A stretch of 64,000 bases of DNA from an uncultured Spirochaetota bacterium (GTDB taxonomy: Bacteria; Spirochaetota; Spirochaetia; SZUA-6; CAVTHK01), in assembly GCA_963734495.1 (NCBI GenBank), contig CAVTHK010000009.1, positions 128,001 through 192,000 of the forward strand. Direction: 5' to 3'. Position 1 is the first letter of the stretch. Each line of letters begins with the position of its first letter. The position numbers were made by a program, and so were the translations under genes. This document shows positions 28,986 to 39,710 of the stretch, piece after piece. Below the pieces are notes generated by a model. That model saw nothing but the letters and a program-made list of their open reading frames with translations. It did not search any database and had not been told where the DNA came from.

Positions 28986-30545
28986 ATGCGGGTCATCCTT
29001 CTCCGCCCGCCGCGCTATGTCTGGCCATTCAACAGTGAGACGTCTGCCTTCTGGCAGCCTCTGGGGTTCCTCTGCCTCGCGGCCGCTGTGCGGGAGAGGA
29101 TGCCGGAGGCGCGCGTCGAAGTCTGGGATTGCCCCGCCGAACGATGCGGGTGGAAGAGCCTGCGCAGCCGATTGGCCGCGCAGCGCGTCGACGTGCTCGG
29201 GCTGGGGGAAGAGACCGTCTCGGCCCACGAGGCTCTGCGGGCCGCGCGGATGGCGCGGGACCTGCACCCGGGCTGCACCGTGGTCGCCGGGGGGGTGTAC
29301 TTCGCGCACGCCATCGCGCAGACGCTCGCGACCGGGCTCGTCGACGTCATCGTGCGCGGCGAAGGCGAGGAGACCTTTGTCGAGCTGCTGCGGAGCGCCG
29401 GCGACCGCGCGGCGTGGCCCGGTGTCCGCGGTGTCGCTTTCCGCGACGGCGACGGGCAGGTCAGGATCACGCCACCGCGTCCGCTCGTCGCGGATCTCGA
29501 TTCGCTTCCGTTTCCCGCCTTCGACCTGCTGGACATGGGCCTGTACGGAAGGGGCTCGCACAATCATCCGGACCTCACGAGCATCGAGCACTCCCGCGGC
29601 TGCGTCGACTCCTGCTCATTCTGCATCCTGTGGAAACACATGGGCCGGAGCATCGACGGCAACGGCATCTACCGGCCGTACTACCGCAGCAAGAGCGCCC
29701 GGCGGAGCTTCGAAGAGGTCCGCTGGCTGCACGAGCGGTTCGGCCGCCGCACCTTCGGCTGGGTCGATCCCACCTTCAACGCGTCGCCGCAGTGGAGCGA
29801 CGAATGGGCCGACCTGATGCTCGGCAGCGATCTCTGCGGCCCGCGGGGCAGGTGCCGTACCCTGCACACCGCCTGGGTGCGGGCCGACTGCCTCGTCCGG
29901 GACCACGAGCTGGGCGTCCTGCGCAAGCTCGTGAGGGCCGGGCTGCGGCAGGTCATGGTCGGCGTGGAGCGCGACCGCGATCGGCGATCTGTCCCTGCTC
30001 GGCAAGCATGGCCAGGCCGCGGAGACTTGCGCGCGAAGCGTTCGCCATCCTCCGGCAGCATTACCCGGAAGTCTACAGCATCGGCTCGATGATCTTCGGC
30101 CTGCCGCGCGACACGCAGCGGACGACTTGCGGCGGATCATGCGCTACCAGCTACGACGTCGGCATCGACTTCGCTTTCCTCATACCGTTCACGCCCAATC
30201 CCGGCAGCGAGATGACCGAAGACGTTCGAGCGCTCGGGATACGTGGCCAACAGGGATTCGGCGAGCTACAACTTCCACACCCCCGTCTGCCGGACCGATA
30301 CGCTGGACCTGCGCCAACTGGAGTCGCTGTTCTGGCGTCTTGATGTTCGTTGCCGACTTCCGCTGGATCAAAGAGGCGGTCAAGCGAGTCTTCTTCGAGC
30401 GCGACCGCCGCCGGCGACGCCTTCATCGAGCGCTGCGGGGCAAGGGCGCCTGCATCGCGGTGCGGGCGCTGGTCCGCCGCGTACTCCACCCCGGGACCCG
30501 AGGCCGACCGTCTTCTCGAGGAGGCCTTCATGGTACGACAAGTGA
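28986..30545 (+). CDS. B12-binding radical SAM protein (several frameshifts at 29975-30350)
   Basis: QPLGFLCLAA; VVAGGVY; VRGEGE; SRGCVDSCSFC (CxxxCxxC); VMVGVE. The C-terminus continues in other frames (IFGLP..; FTPNPGS; SRRPSWYDK*). Confidence 0.85.
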
Positions 30546-31756
30546 ATCGTGCCGCGACCAGGGTCGTGGCCGGCGTGCTTCTGTTTCTCGCGTTCGGGGC
30601 CGTCCTCTGGCACCTGCTGGCGTGCGAGAGCGCAATGTCGTTCTCGCCGGACGGAAAGAGACTCGCGTTCGCGACGACGAACAACATGGTGAATGAGGCG
30701 AACCAGAGCGCCAGGGTTTACCGGCTCATGGTCCTGGACGACGGCACGGATCTGCGGCTGGTGGAAGAGGCGACGGAGAACGCGCTCTCAGCGCCGGCCT
30801 TCAGCCCCGATGGGAAGCGGATCTGCTACGTGCGCATGCCCGCGGAAATGCCTCAAGGGACCGAGTCCTCTGACTCCGAGAGGCACGCAGAACTGTACAC
30901 GGACAACCGGACCCTTCCCGACGCACTGTTTGTGCTCGCGCTGAGGCGCGGTCCCGTGGTGGACGCGATGCTGGTGATCCGGGATGCCGAGCAATTCACC
31001 GTCCTGAACCAGATCGGTATCAGGCTGCTGGCGCCGAGCGAACCGCCGCAGGAATGCTGGGCCGAGCGGCCGCAGTACTCGCCCAACGGGGACTGGGTCT
31101 ACTTCTGTGCCGGTGCGCAGCTCATCCGCGTCGATCCCGTGAGCGCGCGCCAGGAGACGCTGGCTGCGCCGGCCCTCTGCGCCCAGCTTTCGCCGGACGG
31201 CAAGACGGTCGCGTTCCTGACTCCGTCTTCGTCGGGCGATCCCGCGCTTGGCATCCTGAAGACGGACGGCGAGGTTGCCGTCTATCGCCGCTTGGACGGA
31301 TCACGGACCCCGCTCCTGGGCCTGACCTGGAAGGACAACCAGACGGTCGCAGTGCTGGATGTGAAGGGCGGGCCGGCCTTGCAGCTGTTCGGCACGGACG
31401 GATCACGATCGGGCACGGTCCATTCCGGCGCTCCCCTCGATTCGGGCAACGACGGTCTGGGCGAGCTGGCCTTGTCACCCGACGGTCGGAGCATGGTAAT
31501 CAGCTGCTGGGACACGGTGCTGTTCATGGATGCCGGGGGCGGCGTCCGATCCAGGTGGAAGCAGGCAGATAAGGACGAGAGCCTGTTGCAGCCGGCCTTT
31601 GCCCCGGATTCGAAGCAGGTCGCCTTCAAGTTGGCGGTCGGTCGCGTCGGGGAGATGAACACAAAGGCGATCGTGTTCTTCAGTGTCGACGGGAAGGAGA
31701 TTTCGAGGGTCAGGATCCCCGCACCCAAATGGCCGGAAGCGAGTGTCTCGAAGTGA
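30530..31756 (+). CDS. Exported TolB/PD40 beta-propeller protein
   Basis: N-terminal TM or signal peptide; repeated FSPDGK, YSPNG, LSPDG and FAPDS motifs. Confidence 0.82.
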   Translation: MVRQVNRAATRVVAGVLLFLAFGAVLWHLLACESAMSFSPDGKRLAFATTNNMVNEANQSARVYRLMVLDDGTDLRLVEEATENALSAPAFSPDGKRICYVRMPAEMPQGTESSDSERHAELYTDNRTLPDALFVLALRRGPVVDAMLVIRDAEQFTVLNQIGIRLLAPSEPPQECWAERPQYSPNGDWVYFCAGAQLIRVDPVSARQETLAAPALCAQLSPDGKTVAFLTPSSSGDPALGILKTDGEVAVYRRLDGSRTPLLGLTWKDNQTVAVLDVKGGPALQLFGTDGSRSGTVHSGAPLDSGNDGLGELALSPDGRSMVISCWDTVLFMDAGGGVRSRWKQADKDESLLQPAFAPDSKQVAFKLAVGRVGEMNTKAIVFFSVDGKEISRVRIPAPKWPEASVSK

Positions 31757-31765
31757 GGCATCCTC

Positions 31766-32311
31766 GTGCCGGATCCCGCTGACATCTTCGCGCTCGTGTG
31801 CTCGAGCTCGCACCGCTTCGTCGTAGGCGGAGAGTCCCTGCCGCTGTGCCAGCGGTGCCTGGGGCTCTACGTCGGCTCCCTGGTGACGCTGATCGCATTG
31901 ATCGCGCTGCGGGCGCGCCGGCAGGGACTACCGCGCTGGCCCGTTCTCGCCGTGCAGTCGGCGCTCCTGGCCCTTGCCCTTCTCGGCGGCATTCACGTGA
32001 TCGATGGGGGGCCGACCTGGCGTTTTGCCTGCGGGCTGTGGACCGGGCATGTCGCGACCGCGTGGATGGTCTCGGCCAGCGGCGCGATGGCGGGCCTGGA
32101 GCGGGGCACGCGCCGGCAGGCCGCGGCCCTGCTGGCGCTGATCGCCGTTCTGTGCGCGATGGCGGCAGCCTCGCCGCTGGTGCCGTACGCGCCCCGCGTC
32201 CTGTGGGTGACGCTGGCGCTCGCCGGCATGGGGGCGCTGGCCGCTGCGAGCCTGTACGCGCTCGCGCGGCTCGCCGTGGGCATGGCGTCGTTCGCGCGAA
32301 GAGGGCCTTGA
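31766..32311 (+). CDS. DUF2085-like membrane protein
   Basis: LVCSSSHRF..LPLCQRCLGLYVG; RFACGLWTG; several TM helices. Confidence 0.7.
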   Translation: MPDPADIFALVCSSSHRFVVGGESLPLCQRCLGLYVGSLVTLIALIALRARRQGLPRWPVLAVQSALLALALLGGIHVIDGGPTWRFACGLWTGHVATAWMVSASGAMAGLERGTRRQAAALLALIAVLCAMAAASPLVPYAPRVLWVTLALAGMGALAAASLYALARLAVGMASFARRGP

Positions 32312-32367
32312 CGACGGCGGCCGCAAGACGCCACCCTGCAGGGCATCCGCATGACGTGCCCGACCCC

Positions 32368-34528
32368 ATGACGCGCGCGCGATCCGAACAAGACACTGCA
32401 AAGCTCCCCGAGCTGCTCGCTCCCGGCGGGAGTCTCCTCTCGGCTCACTACGCCTTCGAAGCAGGCGCGGACGGCGTCTACCTCGGGCTGCGCGAGTTCT
32501 CCGCGCGCCAGGCCGCGGTCAACTTCTCTCTCGAGCAGCTGCGGCGCATCCGCGAGGAAGCGGGCAGGCGCGGCCGGCGCATCTACGCGGCGATCAACAC
32601 CGTGGTCAAGGAAGCAGAGCTCGATCGTCTCGCCGAATCGCTGGCCTGGGTCGAAGCGCTCGGCCTCGACGGCGTCATCGTTCAGGACCTCGGCGTCGCG
32701 GAGCTCTGCCGCCGCCACTTCCCGCGCCTCGCCCTGCACGCCTCGACGCAGATGGCCGTGCACAACGGCTCCGGCATCCGCGTGCTGCGCGACCTCGGCT
32801 TCGCCCGCGTGATCCTCGCCCGCGAGCTCACGCTCGAGCAGATCAGGGCGCTCCGCGAGGCAAACCCGGACATCGAGCTCGAGGTCTTCATCCACGGCGC
32901 GCTCTGCTACAGCTTCTCGGGCCTGTGCTTCGCTTCGTGGGCGCTCACGGGGCGCTCCGGCAACCGCGGCGAATGCGCGCAGATCTGCCGCAGCCGCTTC
33001 CGCATCGAGGACGCCGACCGTCCCCGAGACCTGCCCGCGGACGGCGCCCTGTTCTCCAGCCGCGACCTGGCCGCCGACAGCCTCGTCCTGGAGCTCGCCG
33101 CCATCGGCGTCGATGCGCTCAAGATCGAGGGCCGCATGAAGTCGCCCGAGTACGTCTCCACGACCGTGGCGCTCTATCGGGCCCTGCTCGACCACGGCGC
33201 CGGCGCCCCCGGGCTCGACGAGCTGCGCAGGCGGCAGCGGCTGACGTTCTCGCGCAGGACGACACAGGGATATATGAAGGAAGGCAGGGGCGACGGCCGT
33301 CTCCTCGACGCCGAGTGGCCCGGCCACCGCGGGGTCCCGGTCGGCAAGGTCGCGGCGTCGCGGCCCGGCTCGCTCACGATCGCGCTCGAAGGCGACCTCG
33401 GCTTGCGCGACGGCCTGCAGTACTTTCCGCCGGGGCAGCCGGCGGAGCCCGTGCAGTTCGCGGTGACGGGGCTGCGCCGAGAGACAGGGCCGACGGGTCA
33501 CCGTGGATCTCCCCCCGGGCGCGGAGCCTCCCCGCGCGGGGCAGACCATCTTCCAGATCTCCGCGCGCGCCCTCGACCTCAAGGAGGTCGCCGAGGGCAG
33601 CCTCGCGCTCTACCGCATCCCCTGCGAGTGCGAAGTCTCGCTCGCGGCCGGCCGCCTGCAGGTCGCCTGGAGCTGCTCGCTGTGGAAGGAGCCCGCGCGC
33701 TTCGAGGCGCCGCTGCCGACGGAGCCGGCGCGCGGGGAGAGGTCGCTGCGCTCGGTGCTCGAGCGCCTCTTCGCGGAGGCGGGGGACTCGCCGTTTCGGC
33801 CTGCAAAGGTCGCCGTGGGCGGCCTCGACGGCGGGGATCGGCAGTTCGCGCCGCCCTCGACGCTCAAGCGGCTCAAGAACGACGCGTATCGCGCGCTCGA
33901 GCAGCGCCTGGCACGCTGGGTCGCCGAACGCGTCGCCGCCGCGGCGGCCGACGCGCGGCCCGGGGCGCTCCCCCCCGGCCCCCGCGCGCCGGCCGGCGAG
34001 CCGAGGCTCCTGCCGCTCGCGCCGCTCGCCGTCGACGACGCCGCTGCCCTGGCGCGGCTCGAGGCCGAGGTGGACCGGCTGCTGGCGCTGCAGCCGGACC
34101 GGCGGCTCGCCGTCGGGCTTGCCAACATCGGCCACCTCGGCTGGGTTCACACCCTCGCCGCGAGGGAGCGGGTGGACTTCTTCATCGATTATCCGCTCTA
34201 CGTCGCCAACAGGTACGCGTACGCGTTCTACGCCGCGCGCGTGCCCCGGCTCCTGTTCCAGCGCTTCTGGGTCGAGGGCGACGAGACCGATCGCGCGGCG
34301 CTCGCCGCCGCGCTCGGCGACGGGGCGGCCCTGCGGCGCGTCGAGCCGTCGTTCGAGCCGCCGCTGTTCACGAGCCTCGGCTGCTTCGTGCGCAACAACA
34401 GCCCCCACGGCGCGGCCGCGTGCCGCGGCTGCCCCCGGGACTACGACATCCGGGTGAGCCAGGGCAGGAACCGGTTCGTCGTGAGGGTGCGTGACTGCGT
34501 CACGTACCTCTGCCGCGACCGGCCCTGA
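32368..34528 (+). CDS. Peptidase U32 family protein (RlhA/TrhP-like), frameshift near 33490
   Basis: ELLAPGG; GADGVYLG; DGVIVQDLG; LHASTQM; EVFIHGALCYSFSGLC; SGNRGECAQICR; LKIEGRMKSPEYV. The C-terminus is ORF 33503..34528. Confidence 0.85.
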
Positions 34529-34543
34529 CCGGCCCTCAGCGGC

Positions 34544-34572
34544 GCGACAGGTCTGCAAACCTTCGCTATAAT
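34544..34572 (+). promoter_or_regulatory. Sigma70-type promoter
   Basis: GCGACA-N17-TATAAT upstream of the 95-aa gene. Confidence 0.55.
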
Positions 34573-34623
34573 AGGACACGCAGCCGCCCCGATGCGCGGC
34601 CGACACCTGTTCGGAGGAGTGAC

Positions 34624-34911
34624 ATGAAGCCGGAAGATCGATCCAAGTTGCAGTCGTACCTGGGCGAGATATCGGGCCTCAGGTCGCAGCCGGAAGAGAA
34701 GAAGCTCAAAGACTGGAAAGAGAACGTCGAGAAGAAGCTCGAAGAGGCCTTTGGCAAGGGCTCCGGCGAGTGTGAGGGTTTCAAGCGGATCCGTTTCTTC
34801 GACTTCAACCGCGGCGGCAAGAACAAGGACGTGCCCCTCAACGAGAGCGAGCGGCGCGAGTACCTGGGCCGGCTCGACGACGCCCGGCGGTACCTGCAGC
34901 GGTTCGTCTGA
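34624..34911 (+). CDS. Small charged hypothetical protein (95 aa)
   Basis: GGAGGAG RBS, own promoter, typical codon usage; no recognised motif. Confidence 0.75.
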   Translation: MKPEDRSKLQSYLGEISGLRSQPEEKKLKDWKENVEKKLEEAFGKGSGECEGFKRIRFFDFNRGGKNKDVPLNESERREYLGRLDDARRYLQRFV

Positions 34912-35021
34912 CTGAATCCGGGACCGCCCCGGCGGCCCGCATAACGCAACCGAGGCGACTTGCGCGGATCGCGCGCCCGTGGAACGGGCGTGGGGGGAGC
35001 GGAGTCGCGGGAGCAGACGGG

Positions 35022-36488
35022 ATGGAAGACCAGGTGCAGGTGAGGCTCGACAAGCTGGCGGCGCTGCGCGCCGCGGGCAAGCCCGCGTTCGCCGAGCGCT
35101 TCGAGCGCACGCACAGGCTGGGGGAGGCGGCGGCGCTCGCCGACGGGACCGCGGGCGTGCGCCTCGCGGGCCGGATCGTCGCGCTGCGCCTCTTCGGCAA
35201 GCTCACGTTCGGGCACCTGTTCGACGAGAGCGGGCGGCTGCAGTTCTCCTTCCAGCGCAACAGGCTCGGGGAGTCGTACGAGGAGTTCCGGAAGCTCTGC
35301 GACATCGGCGACTTTATCGGCGTCGAAGGCGAGATGATCACGACCCGTACCGGCGAGAAGACGATCGACGTCTCGGCCTGGACCTTCCTCTCCAAGGCCG
35401 TGCGGCCGATGCCGGAAAAGTTCCACGGCCTCGTCGACGCCGAGCAGCGCCTCAGGCGCCGGTACCTCGACCTCGTCATGACGCCGGAGGTGCTCGAGCG
35501 CTTCAAGAAGCGCACGCGGATCGTGAGCACGCTGCGCGCTTTTCTCGACGCCCACGGGTTCATGGAGATCGACACGCCGGTGCTCTCCAACAAGGCGAGC
35601 GGCGCGCTGGCGAAGCCCTTTCTCACGCACCACAACGCGCTCGACATCGACGTCTTCCTGCGGATCGCGCCGGAGACCTACCTCAAGCGCGCGGTGGCCG
35701 GAGGCTTCGACCGGGTCTACGAGTTCGCGCGCTGCTTCCGCAACGAGGGCATGGACCCGTCGCACCTGCCCGACTTTACCATGCTGGAGTTCTACGCCTC
35801 GTACTGGAATTACGAGGACAACATGAAGTTCACCGAGGCGCTGATCAAGGACCTGCTGCAGAAGGTCAACGGCGCGCTCTCGGTCACGCACCAGGGCACG
35901 ACGATCAACTTTGGCGGAGACTGGCCGCGGACGAGCTTCCGCGACCTCATCCTCCGCGACAGCGGCATCGACATCGACGCCTGCCGCGACCGTGCCTCGC
36001 TCGCGGCCGCGATCCGCGACAAGGCGGTCGACCTCGGCGGCGAAGGGGTGGACGTGGCGAAGCTGGGCCGGGGCGGGCTCATCGACCAGCTCTTCAAGAA
36101 GGTCTCCCGGCCGAAGATCGTGGACCCGCTCTTCGTGATCATGCACCCCGCCGAGATCTCGCCGCTGGCCCGGCGCAACGACGCCAACGAGCTCGTGGCC
36201 GACCGCTTTCAGCTCGTGGTCAAGGGGTGGGAGATCGTCAACGCCTACTCGGAGCTGATCGACCCGGTCGACCAGCGGGCGCGCCTGGAGCAGCAGGCGG
36301 CCGCGCGCAAGGCGGGCGACGAGGAGGCGATGGATCTCGACGAGGACTTCCTGCTCTGCATGGAGCACGGGATGCCGCCCATGTCGGGCTTCGGCATGGG
36401 GATCGACCGCCTGGCCGCGCTGCTGACCGACGCCACGACGCTGCGCGACGTCGTGCTGTTCCCCCTGATGCGGCCGGAGGAGGCGTGA
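35022..36488 (+). CDS. lysS: Lysine--tRNA ligase, class II
   Basis: OB-fold RLFGKLTF; RRRYLDL; GALAKPFLTHHN; LRIAPETYLKR; FRNEG; EIVNAYSEL; GFGMGIDRL. Confidence 0.96.
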   Translation: MEDQVQVRLDKLAALRAAGKPAFAERFERTHRLGEAAALADGTAGVRLAGRIVALRLFGKLTFGHLFDESGRLQFSFQRNRLGESYEEFRKLCDIGDFIGVEGEMITTRTGEKTIDVSAWTFLSKAVRPMPEKFHGLVDAEQRLRRRYLDLVMTPEVLERFKKRTRIVSTLRAFLDAHGFMEIDTPVLSNKASGALAKPFLTHHNALDIDVFLRIAPETYLKRAVAGGFDRVYEFARCFRNEGMDPSHLPDFTMLEFYASYWNYEDNMKFTEALIKDLLQKVNGALSVTHQGTTINFGGDWPRTSFRDLILRDSGIDIDACRDRASLAAAIRDKAVDLGGEGVDVAKLGRGGLIDQLFKKVSRPKIVDPLFVIMHPAEISPLARRNDANELVADRFQLVVKGWEIVNAYSELIDPVDQRARLEQQAAARKAGDEEAMDLDEDFLLCMEHGMPPMSGFGMGIDRLAALLTDATTLRDVVLFPLMRPEEA

Positions 36489-37030
36489 GCTTCCTGGACC
36501 TGGTGCGGGCCCGGCACAGCGTGCGCAGCTACGACGCCGTGAGGCCCGTCGAGCGCGCGAAGCTCGACCGATGCCTCGAGGCCGCCCGCCTCGCGCCCTC
36601 GGCGAGCAACGCGCAGCCCTGGCGCTTCGTCGTGGTGGACGACCCCGCCGTGCGCGAGCGGGTGGCGCGCGAGACGTTCGGGGCGCTCGTGTCCTTTAAC
36701 CGTTTCACCCGGCAGGCGCCCGTGCTCGTGGTCTGCGTGGCGGAAGAGCGGAGGATGAGGACGCGCATCGGCGGGTTTCTCATGGGCCGCCGCTACTCGA
36801 GCATGGACATGGGGATCGCCGCCGCTCACTTCTGCCTCCAGGCGGTCGAGGAGGGGCTGGGGACCTGCATGCTGGGGTGGTTCGACGAGAAGGCCGTGCG
36901 CCGCGCGCTCGGCATTCCCGCGCCGAAGCGCATCGGCGTGATCATTGCGGTCGGCTACCCGGCCGAAGCGTCGGTGCGCCCGAGGGTGCGCAAGCTCCTC
37001 GACGACGTGCGCGCCTACAACAGGTACTGA
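36485..37030 (+). CDS. Nitroreductase family protein
   Basis: GTG overlaps the lysS stop. RHSVRSY; ARLAPSASNAQPW; GLGTCMLG; IAVGYP. Confidence 0.92.
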   Translation: MSFLDLVRARHSVRSYDAVRPVERAKLDRCLEAARLAPSASNAQPWRFVVVDDPAVRERVARETFGALVSFNRFTRQAPVLVVCVAEERRMRTRIGGFLMGRRYSSMDMGIAAAHFCLQAVEEGLGTCMLGWFDEKAVRRALGIPAPKRIGVIIAVGYPAEASVRPRVRKLLDDVRAYNRY

Positions 37031-37031
37031 G

Positions 37032-38294
37032 GTGTTCGAGCCCGCGCCTTCCGTGCGGGAGCCGCTCGCGGCGGGCCTGGTGCTGCGCGCCGTGGAGAGC
37101 GGCGGCGAGGTCGAGCGCCTGGCGGACTTTAACGGCCGCATCCACGGGGAGGACGTCACGGTCCTCACGCGACGGCTGCTCCTCGATCATCCGCGCACGC
37201 GCGCCCGTCATTGGCTGCTGGTCGAGGAGCCCTCATCGGGGCGCATCGTCTCGTCCCTCTGCCTCATCCCGTGGTCCATTCGTCTGGACGGCGTGGAGCT
37301 GCGGGCCGGCGAGATGGGTATCGTGGGCACCGAGCCGGAGCACCGGCGCGGGGGGCTCATCCGCGCACTCGTGGCGCGCTTCGACCGCATCCTCGCAGAC
37401 GAAGGCTTCGACCTCTCTCACATCCAGGGCATCCCGTACTTCTACCGGCAGTTCGGCTACCAGTACGCCGTCCCGCTCATCCCGGATCTCAGGCTTCCGC
37501 TCGACGCGATGCCGGAGGAGCCCGTCCCCGCGGGCGTGCGCTTCAGGCCGGCCGGCCCAGCGGACCTGCCGGCGCTGTCGGCCGCGTACACCCGGCTCGC
37601 GTCCTCGTCCGCCCTGTGGGCCGTGCGCGAAGAGGCGACCTGGAGCTACCTGCTCGGCGGCGAGACGGCGGGCGAGGGAGAGACCTGGTGCGTCGAGCGC
37701 GAAGGCGCCGTGGCCGGCTATTTCCGCACGCACCGCCGGGGCTTCGGGCAGGGGCTCATCGTAAGCGAGGCGTCTCCGCTCGGGGCGCGCCTCGACGCGG
37801 CCCTGCTCGCCGAGCTTTCCCGGCGCGCCCGTGCCGCAGGCAAGCCCTACGTCAAGCTGGAGATGGATCCCGCCTGCGAGGTCGCGGGCATCGCGCGCTC
37901 CCTCGGGGCGCACGCGATGCGCACCTATGCGTGGCAGATCCGTTTCGTCGACCTCGCGGCGCTGCTCCGCAAGCTGGCGCCCGCGCTCGAGCGGCGCCTG
38001 GAGGCGAGCGCCTTCGCGGGCCTCAGCGAGCGGCTGGTCGTGAGCCTCTACCGCGAGGCGTTCGCGCTGGACTGGAGGCGCGGCACGCTCGCCGCGGTTG
38101 AGCGGTTGCAGCCCCCCGCGGAAGCCGCGCCCGTGCAGCTTCCGCCCGAAACCGTCGTCCCGCTCCTGCTCGGCCACCGAAGCCTCCCCGAGCTGGCCGA
38201 CTGGCATCCCGATGTGCGGGTCGAGCCGCGCGCGGCCGCCCTGCTCGAGGCGCTCTTCCCGAAGCTGCGCTCGTACCTGTACACGATCTACTGA
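37032..38294 (+). CDS. GNAT acetyltransferase, Eis-like
   Basis: GIVGTEPEHRRGGL; GIPYFYRQFGY; SCP2-like C-terminus. Confidence 0.82.
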   Translation: MFEPAPSVREPLAAGLVLRAVESGGEVERLADFNGRIHGEDVTVLTRRLLLDHPRTRARHWLLVEEPSSGRIVSSLCLIPWSIRLDGVELRAGEMGIVGTEPEHRRGGLIRALVARFDRILADEGFDLSHIQGIPYFYRQFGYQYAVPLIPDLRLPLDAMPEEPVPAGVRFRPAGPADLPALSAAYTRLASSSALWAVREEATWSYLLGGETAGEGETWCVEREGAVAGYFRTHRRGFGQGLIVSEASPLGARLDAALLAELSRRARAAGKPYVKLEMDPACEVAGIARSLGAHAMRTYAWQIRFVDLAALLRKLAPALERRLEASAFAGLSERLVVSLYREAFALDWRRGTLAAVERLQPPAEAAPVQLPPETVVPLLLGHRSLPELADWHPDVRVEPRAAALLEALFPKLRSYLYTIY

Positions 38295-38356
38295 CGCGCT
38301 TTTATGGGTAGCGCTTCTGGTCCGCAAGGCGCGGGTACGCCGCTACGCCGCGGCCG

Positions 38357-38620
38357 TCAAGTGGCCTCAAGCAAGCCGCTGACCGCCAGGTCGTAGTTCG
38401 GCTTCGTCCCGTCCCACAAAGGCATGTTGACGTCAGGGCCAAGGTCGAGGCCGCGCTCATAGGCCCATTCGCGCATCCAGGTGACGATGTCGTCCACCCG
38501 CTCCTGCGGCGGATTCTGCGCAAGCGACCTGCCGGAGGGCGAGTGGAAGAGGAGCTCGCCATCTGCGCCGGTGCTGATGGTCCAGCCCCCCTCATGGACC
38601 AGGCGATGATGGAAGGTGCA
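38357..38620 (-). pseudogene. 3' fragment of the DUF222-HNH endonuclease gene, split by the RIT element
   Basis: Translated by hand: CTFHHRLVHEGGWTISTGADGELLFHSPSG...DGTKPNYDLAVSGLLEAT*. It continues the HNH motif of the 5' part in frame. Confidence 0.88.
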
Positions 38621-38648
38621 TTATGCCGACCGCCGGATTATGCCGACT
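38618..38648 (+). repeat. RIT left terminal inverted repeat
   Basis: GCATTATGCCGACCGCCGGATTATGCCGACT, containing two TTATGCCGAC units. Confidence 0.93.
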
Positions 38649-38714
38649 TCGGTGGTCCACGGCCTATCGGGTCGCGGTGAAGAACGGTTTTCTCGGCTTG
38701 GGCTGGCGGCATAA

Positions 38715-39710
38715 TCAAAGCGTGCTGAGAAAGGCCAGCAGGCGGTCAGGAGGTCGGTAACGGCGGGCGGCCGCGAGGCTGGGAGCTGTCTTCGCCAGGG
38801 CCCGTTCCTTCGCGGCGAGGTCGACTGCGAGATAGACGTGGGTGGTTTCCACCGACTCGTGTCCGAGCCACAGGGCGATGACCGCGGAATCGATGCCGGC
38901 CTCGAGCATCCGAACCGCTCTGGTGTGCCGAAGAACGTGGGGGGAGACGCGTTTGTTGGCGAGCGAGGGACAGGAGGCGGCTGCGGCCTTGCTGGCATGC
39001 CTGTGCAGCCGCTTTTCGACGGCGTCGCGGCTCATGAAACCGCCACGCTGGCTTGGGAAGAGCGGATCCGTGGGCTGAGCGGGCTGTGCCCTGAGCCAGG
39101 CTCGCAGGACGCCGACGGTCTCTTTCCTCAGCGGGGTCATTCGCTCCTTCCGCCCCTTGCCCATGCAACGGACGTGGGCCCCGGGCCCTTCGAGTTCCAA
39201 GTCGGCCTGCGTCAGCCGAGTGATCTCGGAGACACGCAGTCCGGTCTGCTCGGCGAGTAGGAGCAGAGCGTGGTCGCGGCGGCCGATCCAGCTGGAGGTG
39301 TCCGGTGCCGCGAGCAAGGCATTGATCTCCTGCTGGGTGAGGAACTCGACTGTCTTTCGGTCGAACCGCTTCTGGGGGATCGCCAGCACGCGCTGGATCA
39401 ATGCGCTGTGCTCGGGAACCTCGGTGGCCGCGTAGTGGAAGAAGGCGCGGATAGCCGACAGTCGCGCGTTGCGCGAGCGGGGGGAGTTGTTCCGCTCGGT
39501 CCCCAAGGAGTCGAGGAAGGCGGTGACCATTGGGGCTTCGAGGTCGGCGAGCAGGAGGTCTGAGGGTTTTTTCCCCAGCTCTTTCTCCGCGAATCGGAGC
39601 AGCAGCCGGAAGGTGTCGCGGTAGGCGGCGATGGTGTTCGGGCTGGCTTGGCGTTGCTTGCCGAGCCGCACCAGGAAGAATGCCTCGAGAAGGGGTGCGA
39701 GGGCGCTCAT
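38715..39710 (-). CDS. Tyrosine recombinase, RIT third gene (RitC)
   Basis: SPNTIAAYRD; TGLRVSE; GKGRK; HVLRHT; WLGHESVETTHVY. Confidence 0.94.
   Translation of the reverse strand: MSALAPLLEAFFLVRLGKQRQASPNTIAAYRDTFRLLLRFAEKELGKKPSDLLLADLEAPMVTAFLDSLGTERNNSPRSRNARLSAIRAFFHYAATEVPEHSALIQRVLAIPQKRFDRKTVEFLTQQEINALLAAPDTSSWIGRRDHALLLLAEQTGLRVSEITRLTQADLELEGPGAHVRCMGKGRKERMTPLRKETVGVLRAWLRAQPAQPTDPLFPSQRGGFMSRDAVEKRLHRHASKAAAASCPSLANKRVSPHVLRHTRAVRMLEAGIDSAVIALWLGHESVETTHVYLAVDLAAKERALAKTAPSLAAARRYRPPDRLLAFLSTL

Noticed and set aside
33480-33510. Programmed ribosomal frameshift in the U32 gene (and other split genes)
   Set aside because: No canonical slippery heptamer; window-wide indels point to sequencing error.
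34979-36484. 683-aa ORF as a long nitroreductase
   Set aside because: The upstream part is an alternative frame over lysS; the real start is GTG 36485.
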